The notes beneath the pieces were generated by a model. It was given only the letters and a program-made list of their open reading frames with translations. It was not told the origin of the DNA and did no database searches. 64,000 nucleotides of DNA from IMG/VR virus record IMGVR_UViG_3300029953_000001, one strand, 5' to 3'. The position numbers and the translations under genes are program-made. Below, piece after piece: positions 17,814 to 27,756 of the stretch. Each line of letters starts with the position of its first letter. The stretch's first letter is position 1. Origin of the DNA: a virus.

Positions 17814-17943
17814 AGAGCTTGAAGGGCGGAGACCAAAAAATGCACAGACTCGATAAAACCAAGGTATCGGCCATCGCTGTATGGGACATCTTGGTGTACG
17901 ATGGTAAGCAACCTGAGTTTGTCATCATAGGAGATGCACACTA

Positions 17944-18144
17944 ATGTCAGTGCTACGCGATAAGGCATACCTCGCTGTCCAATGTGTACTCGGTCGGCAA
18001 ACCGTGAAGGCACTGGAACTCGCCGGGAACCATCTACCGGAGTTGGTCAAGCTGGCAGCACTGCACTGCTTCACCAATAAACTTGATGCCCCCTACCTCC
18101 GGGACTTCCTAGTTGAACTCAACACGAAAGGCAGCGTGGACTAG
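17944..18144 (+). CDS. hypothetical protein (66 aa)
   Basis: ORF with a GGAG SD. Confidence 0.35.
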   Translation: MSVLRDKAYLAVQCVLGRQTVKALELAGNHLPELVKLAALHCFTNKLDAPYLRDFLVELNTKGSVD

Positions 18145-18146
18145 AC

Positions 18147-18332
18147 ATGTTCGAGAACATTGTCCAACACATCACGACCACGGGTTCGGTTGCATGTAGT
18201 GTCCGCTGTCCGCGCCGGTACGTCTTCGCGTGTGGCTCCAAGTTCACGGGGAGAAAGTTCGGCTCAGCCCGTGCTCTCATCAACTACCGAGAATTACTTG
18301 AAACTTACTGTACCGCGAAGAGAGAGTTGTGA
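18147..18332 (+). CDS. hypothetical protein (61 aa)
   Basis: ORF. Confidence 0.3.
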   Translation: MFENIVQHITTTGSVACSVRCPRRYVFACGSKFTGRKFGSARALINYRELLETYCTAKREL

Positions 18333-18442
18333 TACTCTATTGCCATGAAACCCCTTTTCGGTAAAGACTTCGACGGTATCTTCGAGTATCGAAGACAGAA
18401 TCAAACATCTCGTTGGCTTTGTAAGAAGAAAGAGACCACGAC

Positions 18443-18928
18443 ATGAAGAGACTATTCCTTGACTGCGACGGCGTACTCGCTGATTTCAACACCGCCATGC
18501 TCACCCACTTCGGCATGTCCTTCGCACAATTGAAGGAGAAAGTCGGGTATGATGAGGCGTGGGTATTCCTACGTACTTCTAAGAATAGGTTCTACCGCGA
18601 CCTCCCTCTGATGCCCGGAGCTATCCAGTTCTACGAAGCTGTCAAACACCTGAAGCCCACGATTCTCACTGGAGCCCACGAGGGTGACGGCTACGAAAAC
18701 GACAAGACCGACAAGGTTGAGTGGACGGCCCACCACTTCCCCTCCGTGCCCACCATTGTCTGCCTCTCTGAAGAAAAACATCTATTTATGTCGCCCGGTG
18801 ATGTTCTGGTCGATGACCGCTTGAAGTACCGACATTTGTGGGAAGCAGCGGGGGGGGTATTTGTTCACTACCAAACCCCCGACCAAGCATTAAAAGAAAT
18901 CAACCGCATCTTCTACACGGAGGATTGA
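18443..18928 (+). CDS. 5'(3')-deoxyribonucleotidase (HAD superfamily, NT5C-like)
   Basis: The N-terminal FLDCDGVLADF matches the DxDGVLADF motif of 5'(3')-deoxyribonucleotidases. Size is 161 aa. Confidence 0.6.
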   Translation: MKRLFLDCDGVLADFNTAMLTHFGMSFAQLKEKVGYDEAWVFLRTSKNRFYRDLPLMPGAIQFYEAVKHLKPTILTGAHEGDGYENDKTDKVEWTAHHFPSVPTIVCLSEEKHLFMSPGDVLVDDRLKYRHLWEAAGGVFVHYQTPDQALKEINRIFYTED

Positions 18929-19362
18929 TGAAGAGTTATCACATCGGTGACGTGCTGAGCGTCACCACCGGACGCCTTGTTGCCTCTAGGCACATAGAAG
19001 CGGTTTACGACATCCTGAACTTCCTCACCGGCGACGACCTGTTCACGCACCAGTTGCCCCGTGCGATGACCGAGTGTAGGCCGTGGCTTGCAACCCAGTT
19101 CCCCACCCTGATGGATGACGCCCCGGAGATGCAGTCGCATCTGGAGAGGTTGACGGTAACCCTCGAAGGCATGACGAAGGAAACCGCGCCGGGACTGGTA
19201 GCCGCATGGGTGGAGTCCGTTCGCGAAGCCTTCGGCCTTCCTGAGATGCTTCCCGTCTATGAGATGGGTGCGGACATGCACACCCACATCGACCCTCTCG
19301 AAGAGTTGAAGGCGATGACAGGTGACAAGAAGCCGGTAATTGTTCTCAACATGGGGGAGTGA
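18928..19362 (+). CDS. hypothetical protein (144 aa)
   Basis: GGAGG SD followed by ATG 18928. Confidence 0.5.
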   Translation: MKSYHIGDVLSVTTGRLVASRHIEAVYDILNFLTGDDLFTHQLPRAMTECRPWLATQFPTLMDDAPEMQSHLERLTVTLEGMTKETAPGLVAAWVESVREAFGLPEMLPVYEMGADMHTHIDPLEELKAMTGDKKPVIVLNMGE

Positions 19363-19781
19363 TGCCAACCAAAGTGAACGCATGGCAGAGTCAGCGTAGC
19401 GGCAAGGTATTCGACAACGCCAAGGATGCGGCCAAGGATGAGAACAAGCTTGACCGTGCGAAGCTGAAGGTGCTGAAGGAACGCATCAAGTCTGGCAAGA
19501 AGTGGACGCCAAAGGTGGGCGACTACATCTATGTGCAGACTCACCTGTACATCGACCATGGCGAGGATGATGTCGTCGGCGGTTTGGCTCAGGTCACCAA
19601 GGTCAAGCCGAGTATGAGCGGTGGCGACCCCAACACCCTCTTCGTGTCGGTGGCTCAGCACGGGGGGAACTCCTACAACTGGTCACAGATACTTGTGCAT
19701 GAACAGGGTAAGCACATGAAACGCTACGACGAGGACTTCGCGTACGAAGACCCCGACGTTGTGGAGAACCCCTACGCATGA
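19359..19781 (+). CDS. hypothetical protein (140 aa)
   Basis: ORF with an ATGA overlap. Confidence 0.5.
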   Translation: MMPTKVNAWQSQRSGKVFDNAKDAAKDENKLDRAKLKVLKERIKSGKKWTPKVGDYIYVQTHLYIDHGEDDVVGGLAQVTKVKPSMSGGDPNTLFVSVAQHGGNSYNWSQILVHEQGKHMKRYDEDFAYEDPDVVENPYA

Positions 19782-19984
19782 ATGTCAAGGACGTAATGGC
19801 GAACTCCCCGAGCAATCGGGACAACTTGATAGCCGCCGTCAAGGATATGGCGACGGCTTGCGGCTTGCAGAACTGTGAGCAGATTTCCGAAGAGCGGGGA
19901 GCGACAGGTGCTGTCCGCATGATTCAACGCGAGTACATCGACCTGCGGGAACGGTACTTTCAACTCCTGAAAGATAGACGATGA
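19778..19984 (+). CDS. hypothetical protein (68 aa)
   Basis: ORF with an ATGA overlap. Confidence 0.4.
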   Translation: MNVKDVMANSPSNRDNLIAAVKDMATACGLQNCEQISEERGATGAVRMIQREYIDLRERYFQLLKDRR

Positions 19985-20484
19985 GCTATACATCCCTGTA
20001 CAAGGTCTACAAGACCAAGCGAATCGAAATCGAGGAGTTCCGCAACAGCCATGGCTCCGCACCCCCGGTGTGGGAGTACCTTGCTGAGACCCAGTTCGGT
20101 CTTCGGTATTACAACGACATAAACCCTATGTCGCTGCTGTGGAACTTGGCCTACGATAAGAAGGTGAACCTGCACGTCCGCCTGTGCCATGCGTTCACGT
20201 TCGACTACGCTTATGTTTCCCCTGAGCACTTCGCTCTTATGAGTGACTCCGCTGCTCGTATGAACGTCATCCTTGAAGCGTGGCCGAAATGGGCCGGGTG
20301 TGTGAATCACTGGGGGCTCATCAGCGAAACGTTCAAGAACCTGAAGGTGGACAAGCGATGCATCGGTATCGGGATGCGGGGTACCTCTGTCTGTGACGTT
20401 TGGGATAACTACCCACGCGAAGGAAAAGACCGGATGTTTGACTGTGTTAGGGCTGTGCTCCAACACGCTTCGAAGGAGATTTGA
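19981..20484 (+). CDS. hypothetical protein (167 aa)
   Basis: ORF with an ATGA overlap. Confidence 0.5.
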   Translation: MSYTSLYKVYKTKRIEIEEFRNSHGSAPPVWEYLAETQFGLRYYNDINPMSLLWNLAYDKKVNLHVRLCHAFTFDYAYVSPEHFALMSDSAARMNVILEAWPKWAGCVNHWGLISETFKNLKVDKRCIGIGMRGTSVCDVWDNYPREGKDRMFDCVRAVLQHASKEI

Positions 20485-20825
20485 TGGGATTCATGACTGA
20501 AGTAGGCATCCTGAACGACCGTTGGGATGAGATTCGCAGGGAACCGGCTAAGTTCGTGGAGGAGATTTACGACGCCTCCATGGGCTACGACGGGCATCGG
20601 TACATCATCGGCCAGACCACCGTGCCTCCATCGCACCATGCCGACGATGTGAAGGTCTATTACTCCGGCCAGAACTCGTTCTTCGAAGCGTACCCGACTC
20701 GCCACATGGATGAACGTCTGTTGAAGTATCATCTGGCTTCTCTCAAGTACATGACCGCCTATTTGAAGACGGCGACGGCAGAGACCAAGAGGATGCTGGG
20801 GAAGATTGAAGAGAAGAAGGTATGA
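20481..20825 (+). CDS. hypothetical protein (114 aa)
   Basis: ORF with an ATGA overlap. Confidence 0.5.
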   Translation: MMGFMTEVGILNDRWDEIRREPAKFVEEIYDASMGYDGHRYIIGQTTVPPSHHADDVKVYYSGQNSFFEAYPTRHMDERLLKYHLASLKYMTAYLKTATAETKRMLGKIEEKKV

Positions 20826-21205
20826 GCTTAGACTACGAGCAACTTACTCTGAACAGGTTTCCGGGAGCGTTTGAACGCTTCGACGGTGTGTACCTCCCAC
20901 AGAAGAACGGCAGGGTTATCTGCATGGGGCCTGATTGGAAGACTGCATCGGCGTTCCTGACCCGTCCTTGCGTTGAAGACTTACCACCTTCCGGGCTCAA
21001 GATGACAGAAGCCGAGAAGCGTATCATTCAGTTCCTCCACAAGACGAGTTTCAACCCGTTCCAACTGGTTGCCCTTGTCGCCATCCCCGGTCGCATCAGC
21101 GAGGCCGATGTCCGTGAGGGTGTGGCTCATCTTCTCCATGAGCAGGTAGTCCACCTGTCGCCCGACCGCATCCTAAGTCTCACACCAATCGAGGAAGACC
21201 GATGA
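20822..21205 (+). CDS. hypothetical protein (127 aa)
   Basis: ORF with an ATGA overlap. Confidence 0.5.
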   Translation: MSLDYEQLTLNRFPGAFERFDGVYLPQKNGRVICMGPDWKTASAFLTRPCVEDLPPSGLKMTEAEKRIIQFLHKTSFNPFQLVALVAIPGRISEADVREGVAHLLHEQVVHLSPDRILSLTPIEEDR

Positions 21206-21507
21206 AAGCACAAGCAAAGCCAGAGTGTGCTCACTGCAAGCGGAAGAGTGCGAGAGTAGAGGGTGGCGACGGTCTCTTCTATCACACCGTCAAAGAGAGC
21301 AACGGGTACGACTACGACCGCTACACCTACCCGTGTGCGATTCAGACTGCCTCCGCCATGCGTAAGGCGATGACCCGCACTGAGAAGGTCATTGACAAGA
21401 AGATTATCGAGGTTACCAAGCAGCTTAGCTCTCTGCTCGAAACCCGTGAGAAGGTTCGGAAGTGTCCGAACGTCTTTGCTCTTGAGGAGATTTTGAGGAC
21501 GCTATGA
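21202..21507 (+). CDS. hypothetical protein (101 aa)
   Basis: ORF with an ATGA overlap. Confidence 0.45.
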   Translation: MKAQAKPECAHCKRKSARVEGGDGLFYHTVKESNGYDYDRYTYPCAIQTASAMRKAMTRTEKVIDKKIIEVTKQLSSLLETREKVRKCPNVFALEEILRTL

Positions 21508-21692
21508 AGGGCTCAACTAAAGCTCGTCTCTTCATCGGGCAGATGGCCGCTCAGTTAGGCTCTCTGTTCGCTCTGGCTGATGTCGTAGTCAAGCACAACT
21601 GGGGTCTACCGGGTGTACTTGGGGCAGCGACAATATCCGCCGCAATCGGCATGTGGTGCTTCCCCTCATATGAAAGTGATGCGTACGACTAA
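21504..21692 (+). CDS. small membrane protein (62 aa)
   Basis: Hydrophobic ORF. Confidence 0.4.
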   Translation: MKGSTKARLFIGQMAAQLGSLFALADVVVKHNWGLPGVLGAATISAAIGMWCFPSYESDAYD

Positions 21693-22330
21693 TGGACTTC
21701 AGCCGCAGATGGTTTCTCAAATCCGCCGTGATGGCCGCTGTGGCAACGCAGCTTCCTATCTCTCTGCCTGAGGGACAGAAGGTGCTGTTCATTGACGGGG
21801 CCGCTCATGTGGTCAGCAACGTCAAGACGGAGAATGGCGTCATCCGGGCCAAGGTTGTGAACGGTGCTTGGGACTTGGTGGTCGATACCAACACGAAGAT
21901 GATGTACGCTTACTCCAACCCGGCCTACGGCTATGACCATGCAGAGTTCGAGCACGGCTTGCAACACTCTACCTCCTACTCCACGCTGCTTGAGATTGAA
22001 GTCCCTCACTCGGTCGGTGAAGTGAGCGAGGATATGAAACCCCGTAAGGTCAGGGTTCAGAAGTTTGTTGAGCAGGGTCATCCGGGCTCTGAGTGGGTAC
22101 AAGGTGTTCCTGTCATCGACCTCATCACCGGTGAACCGCTGTTTCAATCTACGCTGGTGCCCTCGATGGTTGAGGTCACTCGCATGTTCGGCAGTCCCGA
22201 TGGCGAACACATGACCTTCACAAGCTGGGAGAAGGAATACGAAGAGGTTGAGATTGACCCGCTGCATGGAGCCGGGATGGACTATGAAGCCATCATCGAA
22301 GCAGCGAACCGGAAAAGGATGTGGGCATGA
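21692..22330 (+). CDS. secreted protein with a twin-arginine (Tat)-like signal peptide
   Basis: The N-terminal MDFSRRWFLKSAVMAAVATQLPISLP fits the S-R-R-x-F-L-K Tat motif followed by a hydrophobic stretch. Confidence 0.5.
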   Translation: MDFSRRWFLKSAVMAAVATQLPISLPEGQKVLFIDGAAHVVSNVKTENGVIRAKVVNGAWDLVVDTNTKMMYAYSNPAYGYDHAEFEHGLQHSTSYSTLLEIEVPHSVGEVSEDMKPRKVRVQKFVEQGHPGSEWVQGVPVIDLITGEPLFQSTLVPSMVEVTRMFGSPDGEHMTFTSWEKEYEEVEIDPLHGAGMDYEAIIEAANRKRMWA

Positions 22331-22830
22331 GCTACACATGCATCGGCACACTCGCGTGGGTGGACGCCAAGGCCCGGACAATCGACGTGGTTCTGTGCGA
22401 CGGCGACCAGTACACCGACAACGTGACCATCAAAGTCCCGAAGAAGTTCCCGCTGCCTACGGTGGTGGATGACATTGAGTTCTTGGGTAAGTACGGCAGA
22501 CTCCCCAAGACTATCGAGAAGTGCCACATCAAAATCGGGTATGACTATGCCTACGATGTGAAGAAGTACGAGGGTAAGTTCAAGTTCCGCAAGCCTGTGT
22601 ACTTGGGTGAAGTACGTGCCCGGAGTTGCAGTTCGATGAACCACCTGAAGAGGAATCCCGGTGAAACCAAACCGAAGGGGCACACCTTTGACATTCGTTG
22701 CAAGGAGTGTAAGGTACGCATCAAGGGCGAACACTGCGTGTTCCTGCCAACCCTAAGCACCTATGTCGTTTGCAAGTGCGGGTATGAGAACATAGTCCCA
22801 TTCACAGGTAAGCTTATCTCGCAATGCTGA
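22321..22830 (+). CDS. hypothetical Cys-rich protein (169 aa)
   Basis: ORF with multiple CxxC pairs. Confidence 0.45.
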   Translation: MGMSYTCIGTLAWVDAKARTIDVVLCDGDQYTDNVTIKVPKKFPLPTVVDDIEFLGKYGRLPKTIEKCHIKIGYDYAYDVKKYEGKFKFRKPVYLGEVRARSCSSMNHLKRNPGETKPKGHTFDIRCKECKVRIKGEHCVFLPTLSTYVVCKCGYENIVPFTGKLISQC

Positions 22831-22845
22831 TACAATAGATGAGAC

Positions 22846-23871
22846 ATGACACCTGTACTTCTAACCCGAGACGACTTCCGCGAAGAGGTCTTCGCCAGAG
22901 ACAAGCATACGTGTGTCCACTGCGGCCAGCCGGGTGTGGACGCTCATCACATTCTCGAACGGAGACTATTTCCTGATGGCGGATATTACCTTTCTAACGG
23001 GGTCACCTTGTGTGGAGGATGTCACCTTGACGCCGAGTCCACTGGACTCGACTGTGATACTCTACGCCTCGACGCCGGAATCACTCGACCAGTGTACCCT
23101 CCGCATCTCGAAGAAGAGGGAGCCTACGACAAGTGGGGCAACCCTGTCCTTCCAAACGGACAGCGTTTCATGGGGGAACTCTTCTTCGAAGAAGGAGTCC
23201 AACGAGCCCTAAAGAACCACCTGTACCTCTTCACGGATAAGTACAAGTACCCAAAAACCTTCCACTGGCCCTCCTCCCCCGGACTTAGCAATGACGACCG
23301 GATGCACACGTCCACTGACCAATGGGACGGGTTAGAAGTGGTAGTAACCGAGAAGATGGATGGAGAGGGTACGACCATGGCGAGGGACTTCATCCATGCT
23401 AGGTCACTGGAATTCAGTCCCCATCCTTCTCGGACGTTCATAAAAGCAATTTGGGCTCAGGTTGCCAACGACATCCCCCTTGGGTTTCGTGTTATCGGGG
23501 AGAACGTCACAGCCATACACTCCATCGAATACTTTGACTTATCTTCTTACTTCTTCATCTTCAATATTTGGGAGGGGCATAAGTGTCTATCATGGGATGA
23601 TACGGCTGAGTACGCTGGGCTGTTGAACCTACCTACCGTCCCCGTTCTGTATCGAGGATTGTGGAAGGATGGATTGGTGGACGACCTTGCTTCTACTCTA
23701 AACTTCGAACGGCAGGAGGGTCTCGTGTTTCGACCCACGAGGAGCTTCACCTTGAAGGAGTTCCCCACCCTCATGGCTAAGTGGGTTCGGAAGGGTCATG
23801 TACAAACCGACGAACACTGGATGAGCCAACCCGTAAGGTTCAATGGATTGAAAATACCCGCGTGTAGTTGA
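22846..23871 (+). CDS. HNH endonuclease fused to an Rnl-type RNA ligase
   Basis: N-terminal HNH: CVHCGQ...DAHHILER...CGGCH. C-terminal nucleotidyltransferase motifs: I VVTEKMDGEGT, III RVIGENV, IV QEGLVFRP and V MAKWVRKGHV (Pfam RNA_ligase-like). Confidence 0.65.
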   Translation: MTPVLLTRDDFREEVFARDKHTCVHCGQPGVDAHHILERRLFPDGGYYLSNGVTLCGGCHLDAESTGLDCDTLRLDAGITRPVYPPHLEEEGAYDKWGNPVLPNGQRFMGELFFEEGVQRALKNHLYLFTDKYKYPKTFHWPSSPGLSNDDRMHTSTDQWDGLEVVVTEKMDGEGTTMARDFIHARSLEFSPHPSRTFIKAIWAQVANDIPLGFRVIGENVTAIHSIEYFDLSSYFFIFNIWEGHKCLSWDDTAEYAGLLNLPTVPVLYRGLWKDGLVDDLASTLNFERQEGLVFRPTRSFTLKEFPTLMAKWVRKGHVQTDEHWMSQPVRFNGLKIPACS

Positions 23872-23909
23872 GTTTGGATACTTTCAGCCTCTTATATGGA
23901 GGCTGGGAT

Positions 23910-24473
23910 ATGACTTTAGAAGAGAGAAGGAAACGGGCTGAGAACGCCCTGATGAAGTATCACAGTAGACGGGAGTCGGGGGTATGCGTTGCCTGTGGGC
24001 AGAACCCTCCCGTTGAAGGAGTCTTACGATGTGCTGGTTGTAGAAAAGTAAGAAAGGCTACATCGCAAAAACAGAAGTATAATAGACCCGAAGGTAACTG
24101 TAGGCAGTGCCTCACCCGTAAGGCAGTTCAGGGTATCACCAGTTGTTCGGTGTGTAGGGAGCGAGGAAGAAAGAAGTCAAAGGCTCAACACCGAGACGTA
24201 CGAATTCGAGTAATAACAAGGTATGGCGGTCGGTGTACTTGCTGTGGAACTTCAAACTACAAGTACCTCCAACTCGACCACAAGAACGACGATGGTAACG
24301 TAGAGAGAAAAGCTCTACCACCTTCAATCAGAGGCTCTCGGTACTTCAAGATGGTGCTGAGTCAACCTAAACGAGACGATTTACACCTTCTCTGTGCTAA
24401 TTGTCACAATGCTAAACGGTATGGGGGTTGCACCCCCGAAGACCACCCACTAAGGATGCGTGATGAGCGATGA
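23910..24473 (+). CDS. HNH endonuclease with Zn-ribbons
   Basis: GGAGG SD followed by ATG 23910. Contains CVACGQ...CAGC...CRQC...CSVC and the HNH core LQLDHKNDDGN...LLCANCHNAK. Confidence 0.6.
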   Translation: MTLEERRKRAENALMKYHSRRESGVCVACGQNPPVEGVLRCAGCRKVRKATSQKQKYNRPEGNCRQCLTRKAVQGITSCSVCRERGRKKSKAQHRDVRIRVITRYGGRCTCCGTSNYKYLQLDHKNDDGNVERKALPPSIRGSRYFKMVLSQPKRDDLHLLCANCHNAKRYGGCTPEDHPLRMRDER

Positions 24474-24795
24474 GGCTCAAAAGGAAATAAACAAAATCGT
24501 ACAGGCATCGCATGATTCCGGCCCTCATGTCGTACACGACATCTTCGATGGGTTTATGGCTCTATCGCGAATAATGGGGGAGCAAGCGCGTCAAGTTAGA
24601 CACATTAAACATGAGAGACGCAAGGAACGTGCTAGAGCACGCTACGCACTCAACAAGAAACTGGGCATACCAAATCGTAAGCCTAAAGCCGCATCTGAAC
24701 CGGAGCCGGAATACGAGGCTCCGACGAGTTGCTACTGCCATATGGGGCACCCACCCTGTAGCTGGTGTACCAGAGAGACTGAAGAAGAGGAGTAA
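24460..24795 (+). CDS. hypothetical protein (111 aa) with a basic segment and C-terminal CxC...C
   Basis: ORF. Confidence 0.45.
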   Translation: MMSDEAQKEINKIVQASHDSGPHVVHDIFDGFMALSRIMGEQARQVRHIKHERRKERARARYALNKKLGIPNRKPKAASEPEPEYEAPTSCYCHMGHPPCSWCTRETEEEE

Positions 24796-24797
24796 AC

Positions 24798-25040
24798 ATG
24801 GGACGCGGTGATTTTGCATTTGAGAACGACTACTTTGGCGATACAAAAATGGAATCAAAGGATACACCAGAGCAGAGAGACCTTGATGAGGAAATTAGCT
24901 TCATTGAGGGTCTTGCTGCTGGTCTCCTTCTTGCCAAGACGGACGAGAGGGATGAGGAGGAGAGGAACAACATCGAACACGACCGGCTGGTATTCCTCCG
25001 GGCCGTTGAACGTCTCAAGAAGATTCGAAAGGCGTTGTAA
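24798..25040 (+). CDS. hypothetical acidic protein (80 aa)
   Basis: ORF. Confidence 0.4.
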   Translation: MGRGDFAFENDYFGDTKMESKDTPEQRDLDEEISFIEGLAAGLLLAKTDERDEEERNNIEHDRLVFLRAVERLKKIRKAL

Positions 25041-25061
25041 ACTGAAACTATTAGAGATGCC

Positions 25062-25280
25062 ATGACAGACGAGCTATACAACGCGGCATGGGCGGCTATT
25101 GACGACCTCATGAGTGAATACATGAGTCTCACGGGACGGTTCACTGTTCCCGACCCACCCACACAGGCCGACCTCAACCGCGTCCATGCAGAGTACGTAA
25201 TAATCCGTGACAGTGAACTAGCCCCGTTGGGTGTCACCATGGATGAGCTTGAGATAGACTGTGTTCGGAGGTTGGGGTGA
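25062..25280 (+). CDS. hypothetical protein (72 aa)
   Basis: ORF. Confidence 0.4.
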   Translation: MTDELYNAAWAAIDDLMSEYMSLTGRFTVPDPPTQADLNRVHAEYVIIRDSELAPLGVTMDELEIDCVRRLG

Positions 25281-25657
25281 CAATGGCTGAGGTACAAAGA
25301 ACGGGCGGGATACTCAGCGGAGAGAAACCATACACAGCGGAAGTTTGGTACCGCTTGGAGGTAGTCACCTACTCCCATTTGGACGAGTGGGAGAACGTCT
25401 ACTTCGACCGGCCTCAGGTCTCATGGCGTGAATACGAAGTGGTGAAGACCACCCCGAAAGGGGTGTGGGTGACCCTGACTTACTTCGGTGAGAAGCGGTT
25501 CATTCTGCGGGATGCGAAGAAGAGGTTCGCGTGTCCGACCAAGGCTGAGGCCAAGGAGTCCTTTATCTTTCGTAAGAAAAGACACATCAAAATTCTTACG
25601 GCTCAACTGAAAGAAGCTCAGGAAGCCCTTCGGGTAGGAGAGAAAGCACAAGCATGA
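25277..25657 (+). CDS. hypothetical protein (126 aa)
   Basis: ORF with an ATGA overlap. Confidence 0.45.
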   Translation: MTMAEVQRTGGILSGEKPYTAEVWYRLEVVTYSHLDEWENVYFDRPQVSWREYEVVKTTPKGVWVTLTYFGEKRFILRDAKKRFACPTKAEAKESFIFRKKRHIKILTAQLKEAQEALRVGEKAQA

Positions 25658-25818
25658 AACCGACAACACTTGCATACATTTTCGCATTGTTACTGGTACT
25701 TTTTGGTGCTGTGTTGATACTGAACGCTGTCTATCATCCGATGCTGGTTGACCCCACCGTCAAGATGTAAAACGGAGTATTAGAGAGAGCAAGAGTCGTA
25801 CTCACCGTGAGGTCACTA

Positions 25819-26463
25819 ATGGCGAAAAAATATAAACTTTTCATCGACGTGGATGACACGATCATCGCGAACTGCTATAAGGGTTCCGGCTTCGACCTCC
25901 GTCCCGGTGCTCTCACTCAGCTTCGCGTGCTCACTAAGCTGTACGATTGTGAATGGCTCACCATGTGGCCGAAGAAAGACATCTTCGCCCTCGTCCGTTC
26001 TCTCTACGGCTCCTACATCAACACCAACATAGGCTACGCAGACTGGGAGACGCACCCGCGCCATCCATGGCGTAAGGCTGGCTACGTTCTCGACCCGAAG
26101 CGTACGCAGGATTTCTACTGGCTGGAAGACCCGCTGTGCCCCGAGGAGATGCACGCACTCCGTGACCACAAGAAGCTTGACCGCTACATCCGAGTGGAGC
26201 CGTTCGGCCAATTCGCTTTCCTCGATGCTGTGAATGAACTGTTCAAGCGTTCCGGTGTCGGCACCAACGAACTCAAACGTGTGGGAGCCTCCCCTGAATG
26301 GTTTGACCGGGAAGCCATCATGCATCAGAATCCCGACAAAGAGAATCTCCGCGAAACGCTTTCCATGCTTCGGGTCATCGCCAGCACCACCACGCTCGAC
26401 CCTGAAGCCAAGCTGAAGGAAGTTCAGTCGTACATCGACAACCAATTGGAGACCTTGTACTAA
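25819..26463 (+). CDS. HAD-like hydrolase (DxDxT motif), possible phosphatase
   Basis: MAKKYKLFIDVDDTII carries the HAD motif I. No P-loop is present, so this is a phosphatase-only candidate. Confidence 0.4.
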   Translation: MAKKYKLFIDVDDTIIANCYKGSGFDLRPGALTQLRVLTKLYDCEWLTMWPKKDIFALVRSLYGSYINTNIGYADWETHPRHPWRKAGYVLDPKRTQDFYWLEDPLCPEEMHALRDHKKLDRYIRVEPFGQFAFLDAVNELFKRSGVGTNELKRVGASPEWFDREAIMHQNPDKENLRETLSMLRVIASTTTLDPEAKLKEVQSYIDNQLETLY

Positions 26464-26714
26464 TGGCTAAGCAACTATCTCTTGCGGCACAGAAAAAGCA
26501 GAGGAAGGGTACCACCACCATCAAGATTGACCAGCGTAAGTTCGCTACGTTCATTCGCCACTTCGGTGAGAAGTTCAAAGAGGGAGACGAGGACGCTTAC
26601 ATGCTGAGTATGCCTATGCATGTGTGGGCCGAGACGCCGAAGAACAGCCGAGTCATTGCAGCCGACATGCCTCCCATGGTTCAGTTCGTCACATTTGTAG
26701 ATTCAGAAGGGTAA
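26463..26714 (+). CDS. hypothetical basic protein (83 aa)
   Basis: ORF. Confidence 0.4.
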   Translation: MAKQLSLAAQKKQRKGTTTIKIDQRKFATFIRHFGEKFKEGDEDAYMLSMPMHVWAETPKNSRVIAADMPPMVQFVTFVDSEG

Positions 26715-26723
26715 GGGGCCACG

Positions 26724-27317
26724 TTGTTTACTGAAGAGTTTTTGACATACGCACCCGCTGGGGAGTCGGTGCTAGACCGTTTGATAGCCCGGTACAAGGA
26801 GCCTGTAGACAGCAGGTTCTATCACGTGTGGGGTCACATTGAATATGGGCTGTCGGTGTACAACCGACTATTCCCCTCTAAACCCCTGTCGCGAGTGCAG
26901 TTGTTCGCGTGGGGGTGGCACGATTCAACCTATGACTCCAAGCAGTCCAACAATGAGCAGATGAGTGCCGACAACCTTATGCACGTAGCCTCGGCTCTTG
27001 GCTTGACCATGGACGAGTCGGATGAAGCCGGTCGCTATATCCTCGCCACCAGTCCCTCAGCGGAACCTATAAGCGTCATCAACGACATCGACCTCGCGGT
27101 GCTGGGCGAAGAGCCCCTCACGTATGACTCATACGTGACCAGCGTACGAGAAGAGTATCGCTGGGCTGAGGACGAGTTGTGGAAGAAGGGACGCACGGCT
27201 GTCCTTCGCCAGATGCTGAAACGAGACCGGCTGTACATTACACCTGAGTTCGAGAACGAGTTTACTCTTCAGGCTATCGATAATTTGAGCCGGGAACTAA
27301 CCAGCCTACAACGTTAG
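26724..27317 (+). CDS. HD-domain-like phosphohydrolase, TTG start
   Basis: FYHVWGH ... WGWHDSTYD has the H...HD...D pattern. Confidence 0.4.
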   Translation: MFTEEFLTYAPAGESVLDRLIARYKEPVDSRFYHVWGHIEYGLSVYNRLFPSKPLSRVQLFAWGWHDSTYDSKQSNNEQMSADNLMHVASALGLTMDESDEAGRYILATSPSAEPISVINDIDLAVLGEEPLTYDSYVTSVREEYRWAEDELWKKGRTAVLRQMLKRDRLYITPEFENEFTLQAIDNLSRELTSLQR

Positions 27318-27410
27318 GGAGAACTGAAGATGAAACTCGTAAGTACGGCTGCAACCGAAAAGTAAGATAAATAAGAGGACTGCGGAATCCATAGGTAGGA
27401 GGGTTTCGCT

Positions 27411-27725
27411 ATGTTTATCCAGAGGATTCTAGGCTGGCTCCACGCGCTTGTCTCTGAGCCCGATGGCACACCGTCGTCCACACGTGTGCTTATGTTTGTA
27501 TTCTCAGCCTTCTCTATGCACCTGATTTGGGGATGCTTCCGTCACATCTATACACTAACAGACCCTATGCAGGTATCTGTATGGCTGGCAAACATGCCCA
27601 TGCTCATCACCGCTCTCATCGGTCTCATCGCGTTGCCTTACGGCATCAACAAGGGCACAGCGACGTTCTCGGACATCGCCAACATGATGACCGCTGCCAA
27701 GTCCAAACAAAACGATAAAAGATAG
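27411..27725 (+). CDS. membrane protein with two TM helices and a charged C-terminus (holin-like)
   Basis: TAGGAGG SD; hydrophobic segments followed by KSKQNDKR at the tail. Confidence 0.4.
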   Translation: MFIQRILGWLHALVSEPDGTPSSTRVLMFVFSAFSMHLIWGCFRHIYTLTDPMQVSVWLANMPMLITALIGLIALPYGINKGTATFSDIANMMTAAKSKQNDKR

Positions 27726-27756
27726 GGGTACCCACTAGGCCCCTGTTTTCCACAAT

